This document shows, in pieces, positions 30,501-43,179 of a stretch of 64,000 nucleotides of DNA (position 1 is its first letter; each line of letters opens with the position of its first letter). The DNA is taken from NCBI GenBank assembly GCA_950097015.1, contig CATNEN010000033.1, positions 3,534,001-3,598,000 on the forward strand, given 5' to 3'. The stretch comes from Macrostomum hystrix (taxonomy: Eukaryota; Animalia; Platyhelminthes). The position numbers and the translations under genes were made by a program. The notes below the pieces were generated by a model. It searched no databases, had not been told where the DNA came from, and saw only the letters and a list, made by a program, of their open reading frames with translations.

Positions 30501-33500
30501 ATCTGAGATGGATAGAGAGGCTGAGATGGATAGAGAGGCTGAGATGGATAGAGAGGCTGAGATGAATAGAGGCTGAGATGAATAGAGGCTGAGATGGATA
30601 GAGGCTGAGATGAATAGAGGCTGAGATGGATAGAGGCTGAGATGGATAGAGGCTGAGATGAATAGAGGCTGAGATGGATAGAGGCTGAGATGGATAGAGG
30701 CTGAGATGAATAGAGGCTGAGATGGATAGAGGCTGAGATGGATAGAGGCTGAGATGAATAGAGGCTGAGATGGATAGAGGCTGAGATGGACACAAAGTGG
30801 AAGAGTGGGACAAAACGGTATAGGGGACAGAGTGAGACAGAGATAGGGAGGAGTAGGATGAATGAACTTCTTGAAGCCCCAATCCTTGCCTTGAATGAAG
30901 CGGTAGGCTCGCTGGCTCTCTGTACCGGACAAAGAGCGAAAGGTTAACAATTAAAATCGGAAGTTATTTACTATTTGTACTTTTCTATCTAGTAATAAGG
31001 GATCCGAGTGAGACTGAAATTAAGATTGAGAGAGACTGGGATTAAAATAGAGTGAGACTGAAATTAAGATTGAGAGAGACTGGGAATGAGATTGAAAGAC
31101 TGAGACTGGAGTTGAGAGAGTGAGACTGTGGTTGACAGAAAGAGATGGATAGAGAGACTGAGATGGATAGAGGCTGAGATGGATAGAGAATCTGAGATAG
31201 ATAGAGGCTGAGATGGATAGAGACGCTGAGATGGATAGAGAATCTGAGATGGATAGAGGCTGAGATGGATAGAGAATCTGAGATGGATAGAGAATCTGAG
31301 ATGGATAGAGGCTGAGATGGATAGAGAGGCTGAGATGGATAGAGAGGCTGAGATGGATAGAGAGGCTGAGATGGATAGAGAGGCTGAGATGGATAGAGAG
31401 GCTGAGATGAATAGAGGCTGAGATGGATAGAGGCTGAGATGGATAGAGAGGCTGAGATGGATAGAGAGACTGAGATGGATAGAGGCTGAGATGGATAGAG
31501 GCTGAGATGAATAGAGGCTGAGATGGATAGAGGCTGAGATGAATAGAGGCTGAGATGGATAGAGAGACTGAGATGGATAGAGGCTGAGATGGACACAAAG
31601 TGGAAGAGTGGGACAAAACGGTATAGGGGACAGAGTGAGACAGAGATAGGGAGGAGTAGGATGAATGAACTTCTTGAAGCCCCAATCCTTGCCTTGAATG
31701 AAGCGGTAGGCTCGCTGGCTCTCTGTACCGGACAAAGAGCGAAAGGTTAACAATTAAAATCGGAAGTTATTTACTATTTGTACTTTTCTATCTAGTAATA
31801 AGGGATCCGAGTGAGACTGAAATTAAGATTGAGAGAGACTGGGATTAAAATAGAGTGAGACTGAAATTAAGATTGAGAGAGACTGGGAATGAGATTGAAA
31901 GACTGAGACTGGAGTTGAGAGAGTGAGACTGTGGTTGACAGAAAGAGATGGATAGAGAGACTGAGATGGATAGAGGCTGAGATGGATAGAGAATCTGAGA
32001 TAGATAGAGGCTGAGATGGATAGAGAGGCTGAGATGGATAGAGAATCTGAGATGGATAGAGGCTGAGATGGATAGAGAATCTGAGATGGATAGAGAATCT
32101 GAGATGGATAGAGGCTGAGATGGATAGAGAGGCTGAGATGGATAGAGAGGCTGAGATGGATAGAGAGGCTGAGATGGATAGAGAGGCTGAGATGGATAGA
32201 GAGGCTGAGATGAATAGAGGCTGAGATGGATAGAGGCTGAGATGGATAGAGAGGCTGAGATGGATAGAGAGACTGAGATGGATAGAGGCTGAGATGGATA
32301 GAGGCTGAGATGGATAGAGAGGCTGAGATGGATAGAGGCTGAGATGGATAGAGAGACTGAGATGGATAGAGGCTGAGATGAATAGAGGCTGAGATAGATA
32401 GAGGCTGAGATGGATAGAGGCTGAGATGGATAGAGGCTGAGATGGATAGAGGCTGAGATGGATAGAGGCTGAGATGAATAGAGGCTGAGATGGATAGAGG
32501 CTGAGATGGATAGAGGCTGAGATGAATAGAGGCTGAGATGGATAGAGGCTGAGATGGACACAAAGTGGAAGAGTGGGACAAAACGGTATAGGGGACAGAG
32601 TGAGACAGAGATAGGGAGGAGTAGGATGAATGAACTTCTTGAAGCCCCAATCCTTGCCTTGAATGAAGCGGTAGGCTCGCTGGCTCTCTGTACCGGACAA
32701 AGAGCGAAAGGTTAACAATTAAAATCGGAAGTTATTTACTATTTGTACTTTCTATCTAGTAATAAGGGATCCGAGTGAGACTGAAATTAAGATTGAGAGA
32801 GACTGGGAATGAGATTGAAAGACTGAGACTGGAGTTGAGAGAGTGAGACTGTGGTTGACAGAAAGAGATGGATAGAGAGACTGAGATGGATAGAGAGGCT
32901 GAGATGGATAGAGAGGCTGAGATGAATAGAGGCTGAGATGGATAGAGGCTGAGATGGATAGAGGCTGAGATGAATAGAGGCTGAGATGGATAGAGGCTGA
33001 GATGGATAGAGGCTGAGATGAATAGAGGCTGAGATGGATAGAGGCTGAGATGGATAGAGGCTGAGATGGATAGAGGCTGAGATGAATAGAGGCTGAGATG
33101 GATAGAGGCTGAGATGGATAGAGGCTGAGATGAATAGAGGCTGAGATGGATAGAGGCTGAGATGGATAGAGGCTGAGATGAATAGAGAATCTGAGATGGA
33201 TAGAGGCTAAGATGGATAGAGGCTGAGATGGATAGAGAGGCTGAGATGGATAGAGGCTGAGATGGATAGAGAGACTGAGATGGATAGAGGCTGAGATGGA
33301 TAGAGGCTGAGATGGATAAAGGCTGAGATGGATAGAGAATCTGAGATGGATAGAGAATCTGAGATGGATAGAGAATCTGAGATGGATAGAGAGGCTGAGA
33401 TGGATAGAGGCTGAGATGGATAGAGAGGCTGAGATGGATAGAGAGGCTGAGATGGATAGAGAGGCTGAGATGGATAGAGAGGCTGAGATGAATAGAGGCT

Positions 33501-36405
33501 GAGATGGATAGAGAGACTGAGATGGATAGAGAGACTGAGATGGATAGAGGCTGAGATGAATAGAGGCTGAGATGGATAGAGAGACTGAGATGGATAGAGG
33601 CTAAGATGGATAGAGGCTGAGATGGATAGAGAGGCTGAGATGGATAGAGGCTGAGATGGATAGAGAGACTGAAATGGATAGAGGCTGAGATGGATAGAGG
33701 CTGAGATGGATAGAGAATCTGAGATGGATAGAGAATCTGAGATGGATAGAGAATCTGAGATGGATAGAGAATCTGAGATGGATAGAGAGGCTGAGATGGA
33801 TAGAGAGGCTGAGATGGATAGAGAGGCTGAGATGGATAGAGAGGCTGAGATAGATAGAGGCTGAGATGGATAGAGAGGCTGAGATGGATAGAGAATCTGA
33901 GATGGATAGAGGCTGAGATGGATAGAGAATCTGAGATGGATAGAGAATCTGAGATGGATAGAGGCTGAGATGGATAGAGAGGCTGAGATGGATAGAGAGG
34001 CTGAGATGGATAGAGAGGCTGAGATGGATAGAGAGGCTGAGATGGATAGAGAGGCTGAGATGAATATAGGCTGAGATAGATAGAGGCTGAGATGGATAGA
34101 GAGGCTGAGATGGATAGAGAGACTGAGATGGATAGAGGCTGAGATGGATAGAGGCTGAGATGGATAGAGAGGCTGAGATGGATAGAGGCTGAGATGGATA
34201 GAGAGACTGAGATGGATAGAGGCTGAGATGGATAGAGGCTGAGATGGATAGAGGCTGAGATGGACACAAAGTGGAAGAGTGGGACAAAACGGTATAGGGG
34301 ACAGAGTGAGACAGAGATAGGGAGGAGTAGGATGAATGAACTTCTTGAAGCCCCAATCCTTGCCTTGAATGAAGCGGTAGGCTCGCTGGCTCTCTGTACC
34401 GGACAAAGAGCGAAAGGTTAACAATTAAAATCGGAAGTTATTTACTATTTGTACTTTTCTATCTAGTAATAAGGGATCCGAGTGAGACTGAAATTAAGAT
34501 TGAGAGAGACTGGGATTAAAATAGAGTGAGACTGAAATTAAGATTGAGAGAGACTGGGAATGAGATTGAAAGACTGAGACTGGAGTTGAGAGAGTGAGAC
34601 TGTGGTTGACAGAAAGAGATGGATAGAGAGACTGAGATGGATAGAGGCTGAGATGGATAGAGAATCTGAGATAGATAGAGGCTGAGATGGATAGAGAGGC
34701 TGAGATGGATAGAGAATCTGAGATGGATAGAGGCTGAGATGGATAGAGAATCTGAGATGGATAGAGAATCTGAGATAGATAGAGGCTGAGATGGATAGAG
34801 AGGCTGAGATGGATAGAGAGGCTGAGATGGATAGAGAGGCTGAGATGGATAGAGAGGCTGAGATGGATAGAGAGGCTGAGATGAATAGAGGCTGAGATGG
34901 ATAGAGGCTGAGATGGATAGAGAGGCTGAGATGGATAGAGAGACTGAGATGGATAGAGGCTGAGATGGATAGAGGCTGAGATGGATAGAGAGGCTGAGAT
35001 GGATAGAGGCTGAGATGGATAGAGAGACTGAGATGGATAGAGGCTGAGATGGATAGAGGCTGAGATGGATAAAGGCTGAGATGGATAGAGAGGCTGAGAT
35101 GAATAGAGGCTGAGATGAATAGAGGCTGAGATGGATAGAGGCTGAGATGAATAGAGAGGCTGAGATGAATAGAGGCTGAGATGAATAGAGGCTGAGATGG
35201 ATAGAGGCTGAGATGAATAGAGGCTGAGATGGATAGAGGCTGAGATGAATAGAGGCTGAGATGGATAGAGGCTGAGATGGATAGAGGCTGAGATGAATAG
35301 AGGCTGAGATGGATAGAGGCTGAGATGGACACAAAGTGGAAGAGTGGGACAAAACGGTATAGGGGACAGAGTGAGACAGAGATAGGGAGGAGTAGGATGA
35401 ATGAACTTCTTGAAGCCCCAATCCTTGCCTTGAATGAAGCGGTAGGCTTGCTGGCTCTCTGTACCGGACAAAGAGCGAAAGGTTAACAATTAAAATCGGA
35501 AGTTATTTACTATTTGTACTTTTCTATCTAGTAATAAGGGATCCGAGTGAGACTGAAATTAAGATTGAGAGAGACTGGGATTAAAATAGAGGGAGACTGG
35601 GAAATCTGAGTTGGATAGAGAATCTGAGATGGATAGAGGCTGAGATGGATAGAGAATCTGAGATGGATAGAGAGGCTGAGATGGATAGAGAGGCCGAGAT
35701 GGATAGAGAGGCTGAGATGGATAGAGAGGCTGAGATGGATAGAGGCTGAGATGGATAGAGGCTGAGATGGATAGAGAATCTGAGATGGATAGAGGCTGAG
35801 ATGGATAGAGAATCTGAGATGGATAGAGGCTGAGATGGATAGAGAGGCTGAGATGGATAGAGGCTGAGATGGATAGAGAGACTGAGATGGATAGAGGCTG
35901 AGATGGATAGAGGCTGAGATGGATAAAGGCTGAGATGGATAGAGAATCTGAGATGGATAGAGAATCTGAGATGGATAGAGAGGCTGAGATGGATAGAGGC
36001 TGAGATGGATAGAGGCTGAGATGGATAGAGAATCTGAGATAGATAGAGGCTGAGATGGATAGAGAGGCTGAGATGGATAGAGAGGCTGAGATGGATAGAG
36101 AGGCTGAGATGAATAGAGGCTGAGATGAATAGAGGCTGAGATGGATAGAGGCTGAGATGAATAGAGGCTGAGATGGATAGAGGCTGAGATGGATAGAGGC
36201 TGAGATGAATAGAGGCTGAGATGGATAGAGGCTGAGATGGATAGAGGCTGAGATGAATAGAGGCTGAGATGGATAGAGGCTGAGATGGATAGAGGCTGAG
36301 ATGAATAGAGGCTGAGATGGATAGAGGCTGAGATGGACACAAAGTGGAAGAGTGGGACAAAACGGTATAGGGGACAGAGTGAGACAGAGATAGGGAGGAG
36401 TAGGA

Positions 36406-36466
36406 TGAATGAACTTCTTGAAGCCCCAATCCTTGCCTTGAATGAAGCGGTAGGCTCGCTGGCTCT
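36406..36466 (-). pseudogene. SPOP: Truncated copy of SPOP exon 3 (proximal copy, first acceptor met after exon 2)
   Basis: Identical acceptor and 61-nt exon fragment. Phase 1 matches the exon 2 donor (ATG G|AG AGC = M-E-S). Confidence 0.93.
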
Positions 36467-39416
36467 CTGTACCGGACAAAGAGCGAAAGGTTAACAATTA
36501 AAATCGGAAGTTATTTACTATTTGTACTTTCTATCTAGTAATAAGGGATCCGAGTGAGACTGAAATTAAGATTGAGAGAGACTGGGAATGAGATTGAAAG
36601 ACTGAGACTGGAGTTGAGAGAGTGAGACTGTGGTTGACAGAAAGAGATGGATAGAGAGACTGAGATGGATAGAGGCTGAGATGGATAGAGAATCTGAGAT
36701 AGATAGAGGCTGAGATGGATAGAGAGGCTGAGATGGATAGAGAATCTGAGATGGATAGAGGCTGAGATGGATAGAGAATCTGAGATGGATAGAGAATCTG
36801 AGATGGATAAAGGCTAAGATGGATAGAGAGGCTGAGATGGATAGAGAGGCTGAGATGGATAGAGAGGCTGAGATGGATAGAGAGGCTGAGATGGATAGAG
36901 AGGCTGAGATGAATAGAGGCTGAGATGGATAGAGGCTGAGATGGATAGAGGCTGAGATGAATAGAGGCTGAGATGGATAGAGGCTGAGATGGATAGAGGC
37001 TGAGATGAATAGAGGCTGAGATGGATAGAGGCTGAGATGGATAGAGGCTGAGATGGATAGAGGCTGAGATGAATAGAGGCTGAGATGGATAGAGGCTGAG
37101 ATGGATAGAGGCTGAGATGAATAGAGGCTGAGATGGATAGAGGCTGAGATGGATAGAGGCTGAGATGAATAGAGAATCTGAGATGGATAGAGGCTAAGAT
37201 GGATAGAGGCTGAGATGGATAGAGAGGCTGAGATGGATAGAGGCTGAGATGGATAGAGAGACTGAGATGGATAGAGGCTGAGATGGATAAAGGAAGAGAT
37301 GGATAGAGAATCTGAGATGGATAGAGAATCTGAGATGGATAGAGAATCTGAGATGGATAGAGAGGCTGAGATGGATAGAGGCTGAGATGGATAGAGAGGC
37401 TGAGATGGATAGAGAGGCTGAGATGGATAGAGAGGCTGAGATGGATGGAGAGGCTGAGATGAATAGAGGCTGAGATGGATAGAGAGACTGAGATGGATAG
37501 AGAGACTGAGATGGATAGAGGCTGAGATGAATAGAGGCTGAGATGGATAGAGAGACTGAGATGGATAGAGGCTAAGATGGATAGAGGCTGAGATGGATAG
37601 AGAGGCTGAGATGGATAGAGGCTGAGATGGATAGAGAGACTGAAATGGATAGAGGCTGAGATGGATAGAGGCTGAGATGGATAAAGGCTGAGATGGATAG
37701 AGAATCTGAGATGGATAGAGAATCTGAGATGGATAGAGGCTGAGATGGATAGAGAATCTGAGATGGATAGAGGCTGAGATGGATAGAGAGGCTGAGATGG
37801 ATAGAGGCTGAGATGGATAGAGAGACTGAGATGGATAGAGGCTGAGATGGATAGAGGCTGAGATGGATAAAGGCTGAGATGGATAGAGAATCTGAGATGG
37901 ATAGAGAATCTGAGATGGATAGAGAATCTGAGATGGATAGAGAGGCTGAGATGGATAGAGGCTGAGATGGATAGAGAGGCTGAGATGGATAGAGAGGCTG
38001 AGATGGATAGAGAGGCTGAGATGGATAGAGAGGCTGAGATGGATAGAGAGGCTGAGATGAATAGAGGCTGAGATGGATAGAGAGACTGAGATGGATAGAG
38101 AGACTGAGATGGATAGAGGCTGAGATGAATAGAGGCTGAGATGGATAGAGAGACTGAGATGGATAGAGGCTGAGATGGATAGAGGCTGAGATGGATAGAG
38201 AGGCTGAGATGGATAGAGGCTGAGATGGATAGAGAGACTGAGATGGATAGAGGCTGAGATGGATAGAGGCTGAGATGGATAAAGGCTGAGATGGATAGAG
38301 AATCTGAGATGGATAGAGAATCTGAGATGGATAGAGAATCTGAGATGGATAGAGAGGCTGAGATGGATAGAGGCTGAGATGGATAGAGAGGCTGAGATGG
38401 ATAGAGAGGCTGAGATGGATAGAGAGGCTGAGATGGATAGAGAGGCTGAGATGGATAGAGAGGCTGAGATGAATAGAGGCTGAGATGGATAGAGAGACTG
38501 AGATGGATAGAGAGACTGAGATGGATAGAGGCTGAGATGAATAGAGGCTGAGATGGATAGAGAGACTGAGATGGATAGAGGCTAAGATGGATAGAGGCTG
38601 AGATGGATAGAGAGGCTGAGATGGATAGAGGCTGAGATGAATAGAGGCTGAGATGGATAGAGAGGCTGAGATGGATAGAGAGGCTGAGATGGATAGAGAG
38701 GCTGAGATGAATAGAGGCTGAGATGGATAGAGAGACTGAGATGGATAGAGAGACTGAGATGGATAGAGGCTGAGATGAATAGAGGCTGAGATGGATAGAG
38801 AGACTGAGATGGATAGAGGCTGAGATGGATAGAGGCTGAGATGGATAGAGAGACTGAGATGGATAGAGGCTGAGATGAATAGAGGCTGAGATGGATAGAG
38901 AGACTGAGATGGATAGAGGCTGAGATGAATAGAGGCTGAGATGGATAGAGAGACTGAGATGGATAGAGAGGCTGAGATGGATAGAGGCTGAGATGGATAG
39001 AGGCTGAGATGGATAGAGGCTGAGATGGATAGAGAGACTGAGATGGATAGAGGCTGAGATGGATAGAGGCTGAGATGGATAGAGAGACTGAGATGGATAG
39101 AGGCTGAGATGGATAGAGGCTGAGATGGATAGAGAGACTGAGATGGATAGAGGCTGAGATGAATAGAGGCTGAGATGGATAGAGAGACTGAGATGGATAG
39201 AGGCTGAGATGGATAGAGGCTGAGATGGACACAAAGTGGAAGAGTGGGACAAAACGGTATAGGGGACAGAGTGAGACAGAGATAGGGAGGAGTAGGAAAG
39301 TCTACAAAGAGATGGACTTTGATAGCCTCAACAATACTACTGCTGCAAAACAATCAGAAGTAGAGTGCAGAACATATTTGCAGCAAAATGACACAGACGG
39401 GCGCAAAGCGGCTCAC

Positions 39417-39571
39417 CCATAGCTTTATTGTCCTCCCGTTTTGAATTGAGCAGGGAGAATTTAAACTTGGCTCGGACCTCATTTTTGCTGCCACAATTCA
39501 CTAGCAGCAGGTAAAGTGACAGATAGTCACGACTCTCCTCGTCAAGGCCTTTCGGATTGATGCGAAGGCAC
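39417..39571 (-). CDS. SPOP: SPOP/roadkill MATH-domain exon (155 nt)
   Basis: ttctccttaaaccag|G TGC CTT CGC ATC AAT CCG AAA GGC... translates as (W)[51 protein letters not shown](E), ending ATG G|gtgagc. It closely matches [45 protein letters not shown]. The ORF track missed it. Confidence 0.96.
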
Positions 39572-40160
39572 CTGGTTTAAGGAGAAGGTAGCCAGGCATG
39601 TCCTCTGTGATTTTTTGTAATGAAAATCTAAGTAGCCAGGTTAGCAAAGCGAAAAGCAGATGAATGAAAATGACAAAATTGAACTGCCTGCTTAGTCAAG
39701 TTTGCCAGCACTCGTCTGTCTCTCTCGTATCCCGCAAGCACCGAGCCCCAATACGGGTGCATTCAGTTCTGCAAAGCTGACACTGCGCACTTTAATGTAT
39801 GGAGAAGGCTTTCTCCGTCTGTTGGCCAGTTCTAAAAATAGCCTAGCACGAACGAACTGCGGCGCCCAAACTGGCTGGCTGGGTAGGATTGCCAGCCTAC
39901 ACACGGAACTGTGCGCACTTGCGGGAAATATGAAAAAAATTTGCTTTCTGGCTTTTGGCCAACAATGAAGCGACGACAAGACTAAACATACTGAAAAAAT
40001 GCTATTTTTAAATATGCTTTTCGCCTGCTCATACTTAACTGCCTTGTCTAGGTCGTAAAAATGACCCATTCAGATTTCAGAAAAAAGATTATTAAGGTCA
40101 TTGAGTATCAATCACTGAAGATTCTAAAATGATATCAATAAAGCTGCCTTACCTTTACGT

Positions 40161-40953
40161 AGGGAAGAGAAAAGAGAGGACAGAGGAGATGTAAGGGGAG
40201 AAAGGCGCACAAGAGGGGAGGAGAGAAAGGTAGAGAAGCAGAGGTGAGAAAGGTAGGGAAGAGGAGGGGAGAAAGGTACAGAAGAGGAGGGGAGAAAGGT
40301 ACAGAAGGAGAGGTGAGAAAGGTACAGAAGGAGAGGGGAGAAAGGTACAGAAGGAGAGGTGAGAAAGGTACACTAAGGAGAGGTGAGAAAGGTACAGAAG
40401 GAGAGGGGAGAAAGGTACAGAAGGAGAGGTGAGAAAGGTACACTAAGGAGAGGTGAGAAAGGTACAGAAGGAGAGGTGAGAAAGGTACAGAAGGAGAGGG
40501 GAGAAAGGTACAGAAGGAGAGGTGAGAAAGGTACAGAAGGAGAGGTGAGAAAGGTACACTAAGGAGAGGTGAGAAAGGTACAGAAGGAGAGGTGAGAAAG
40601 GTACAGAAGGAGAGGGGAGAAAGGTACAGAGGAGGAGGGGAGAAAGGTACAGAAGGAGAGGTGAGAAAGGTACAGAGGAGGAGGGGAGAAAGGTACAGAG
40701 GAGGAGGGGAGAAAGGTTCAGAAGAGGAGGGGAGAAAGTTACAGAAGGAGAGGTGAGAAAGGTACAGAAGAGGAGGTGAGAAAGGTACAGAAGGAGAGGG
40801 GAGAAAGGTACACTAAGGAGAGGGGAGAAAGGTACAGAAGGAGAGGTGAGAAAGGTACAGAGGAGGAGGGGAGAAAGGTACAGAAGAGGAGGGGAGAAAG
40901 GTTCAGAAGAGGAGGGGAGAAAGGTACAGAAGAGGAGGGGAGAAAGGTACAGA
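40161..40953. repeat. 23-bp minisatellite (GAGAAAGGTACAGAAGGAGAGGT/G), ~30 copies, in SPOP intron
   Basis: Direct inspection; degenerate at the left end. Confidence 0.93.
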
Positions 40954-41780
40954 GTTAATGATCCATTGCACTACATTAACAATTGCGGCACTTATAAAGC
41001 CGTAGCGACAGGAGAAAGCACTATTAGAAAAGGTGGCGCCATCCCTCTGACCCTGCAATGTGACTAATTTAGGCCGAAAGGAAAATAATTCAATTCCGTT
41101 AGCAGCGAGATTAACTTACGCTACAAAGTTCAATAGTTCGCAGATCGCACAGGTAAAAATAGATAAGAATAAAAATTCAATAGAGGTAATATAGCTGAAG
41201 ATTAGGTCTCAGAAGAGGGCGGGGTGGCAGATTGCAGAAAGGCAAACAGCTAATTATAAAAACTACATGCATTATACATCCATAGTTCGATATGTATGGA
41301 AAAAGAAGGTTCTTAGACACAGGCGTGACAGCTAGAATTCTATTGCTTATTACGAATGGAAAAGAATACAATAACACTGGGGCGTGGACAACCCCAGGCT
41401 AGCACTGCGCACTCATTCTCTCTTTCTCCACTAGTCAGCGCAGTCTATCGTCATTGTTTGTAACTGCTCTTAGCAAGAGAGAGACACGGAAAAACGCATT
41501 AATTTCTATGCACTTTCCCCCTTCCACCCGACCTTAGCCAAGCCTCGGAGTGTTATGAATAACAAGAGCCGCTTAGCACAGTAACTGAGGCACGGTAAAC
41601 AAGTCAACTTGCTGTTGGTTTAAAAAGTGCACTTCTGTTAGAAACCTCACCATCAGAGTGCTAGTTTCTTTAAGTGAAAATTAAAATTGACAAGAGGGGG
41701 CACAATAGTACTCCTAGAAGAAGAAATCAAATTCAAGCACTCACTGATATTGAAGGATGCGAATGGGAACATTATTGCAT

Positions 41781-43140
41781 AGAGTGCAGGCACTGAGGGG
41801 TGGGAGAGTGCAGGCACAGAGGGGTGGGAGAGTGCAGGCACAGAGGGGAGGGAGAGTGCAGGCACTGAGGGGTGGGAGAGTGCAGGCACAGAGGGGAGGG
41901 AGAGTGCAGGCACAGAGGGATGGGAGAGTGCAGGCACAGAGGGATGGGAGAGTGCAGGCACAGAGGGATGGGAGAGTGCAGGCACAGAGGGATGGGAGAG
42001 AACAGGCACAGAGGGGAGGGAGAGTGCAGGCACAGAGGGATGGGAGAGAACAGGCACAGAGGGGAGGGAGAGTGCAGGCACAGAGGGGAGGGAGAGTGCA
42101 GGCACAGAGGGGAGGGAGAAGGCAGGCACAGAGGGGAGGGAGAAGGCAGGCACAGAGGGATGGGAGAGAACAGGCACAGAGGGGAGGGAGAGTGCAGGCA
42201 CAGAGGGGAGGGAGAGTGCAGGCACAGAGGGGAGGGAGAGTGCAGGCACAGAGGGGTGGGAGGGAGAGTGCAGGCACAGAGGGGAGGGAGAAGGCAGGCA
42301 CAGAGGGGAGGGAGAGTGCAGGCACAGAGGGGAGGGAGAGTGCAGGCACAGAGGGGAGGGAGAAGGCAGGCACAGAGGGGTGGGAGAGAACAGGCACAGA
42401 GGGGAGGGAGGGAGAGTGCAGGCACAGAGGGGAGGGAGAAGGCAGGCACAGAGGGGAGGGAGAAGGCAGGCACAGAGGGGAGGGAGAGTGCAGGCACAGA
42501 GGGGAGGGAGAAGGCAGGCACAGAGGGGTGGGAGAGAACAGGCACAGAGGGGAGGGAGGGAGAGTGCAGGCACAGAGGGGAGGGAGAAGGCAGGCACAGA
42601 GGGGTGGGAGAGTGCAGGCACAGAGGGGAGGGAGAGAACAGGCACAGAGGGGAGGGAGAGTGCAGGCACAGAGGGGAGGGAGAGTGCAGGCACAGAGGGG
42701 AGGGAGAGTGCAGGCACAGAGGAGAGGGAGAGTGCAGGCACAGAGGGGAGGGAGAGTGCAGGCACAGAGGAGAGGGAGAGTGCAGGCACGGAGGGGAGGG
42801 AGAGAACAGGCACAGAGGGGAGGGAGAAGGCAGGCACAGAGGGGAGGGAGAAGGCAGGCACAGAGGGGAGGGAGAGTGCAGGCACAGAGGGGAGGGAGAA
42901 GGCAGGCACAGAGGGGAGGGAGAGGGCAGGCATAGAGGGGAGGGAGAGGGCAGGCACAGAGGGGTGGGAGAAGGCAGGCACAGAGGGGAGGGAGAGGGCA
43001 GGCACAGAGGGGAGGGAGAAGGCAGGCACAGAGGGGAGGGAGAGTGCAGGCACAGAGGGGAGGGAGAAGGCAGGCACAGAGGGGAGGGAGAGGGCAGGCA
43101 TAGAGGGGAGGGAGAGGGCAGGCACAGAGGGGAGGGAGAG
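41781..43140. repeat. 24-bp minisatellite (GGGAGAGTGCAGGCACAGAGGGGA), ~55 copies, in SPOP intron
   Basis: Direct inspection; occasional 28-bp variants shift the apparent ORF frames. Confidence 0.95.
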
Positions 43141-43179
43141 GCCACAAGCAGCTGAGCAATAAGCACAGTGAAGACTCAC

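Larger units (their letters stand above)
1..39297 (-). repeat. Tandem array (40 units, 644-1706 bp, plus a 2.8-kb proximal unit) inside SPOP intron; unit = 16/18-bp minisatellite + ~220-300 bp unique core containing a 3' splice site and a truncated SPOP exon
   Basis: The same core (gacacaaagtgg...gttaacaattaaaatcggaag...ctagtaataagggatcc) recurs 40 times (39 'MLTFRSLSGTESQ' ORFs in the track plus one at ~548). Minisatellite monomers are GATGGATAGAGGCTGA (16 bp) and GATGGATAGAGAGGCTGA / GATGGATAGAGAATCTGA / GATGGATAGAGAGACTGA (18 bp). The array ends at 39297, where unique intron sequence begins, and runs off the left edge. Confidence 0.97.

Noticed and set aside
457-36466. Recursive splicing or Dscam-like mutually exclusive exons
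   Set aside because: Junctions are AG|AG with no regenerated donor, and the fragments are identical and lack 5' splice sites, so they are not alternative cassettes.
1-39297. CRISPR-like repeat/spacer reading of the array
   Set aside because: The intervening sequences are minisatellite variants rather than unique spacers, units are 0.6-1.7 kb, there are no cas genes, and the context is eukaryotic.
582-39353. About 120 long S/L/I/H/P-rich minus-strand ORFs
   Set aside because: They occur in all three frames because the 16/18-bp monomer lacks stops on that strand. Only the 20-codon SPOP fragment is real coding sequence.
39692-39900. Possible LINE endonuclease remnant (WAPQ...AELNAPV)
   Set aside because: Only a loose resemblance to YAPQ/GDLNARV motifs; needs a profile search.
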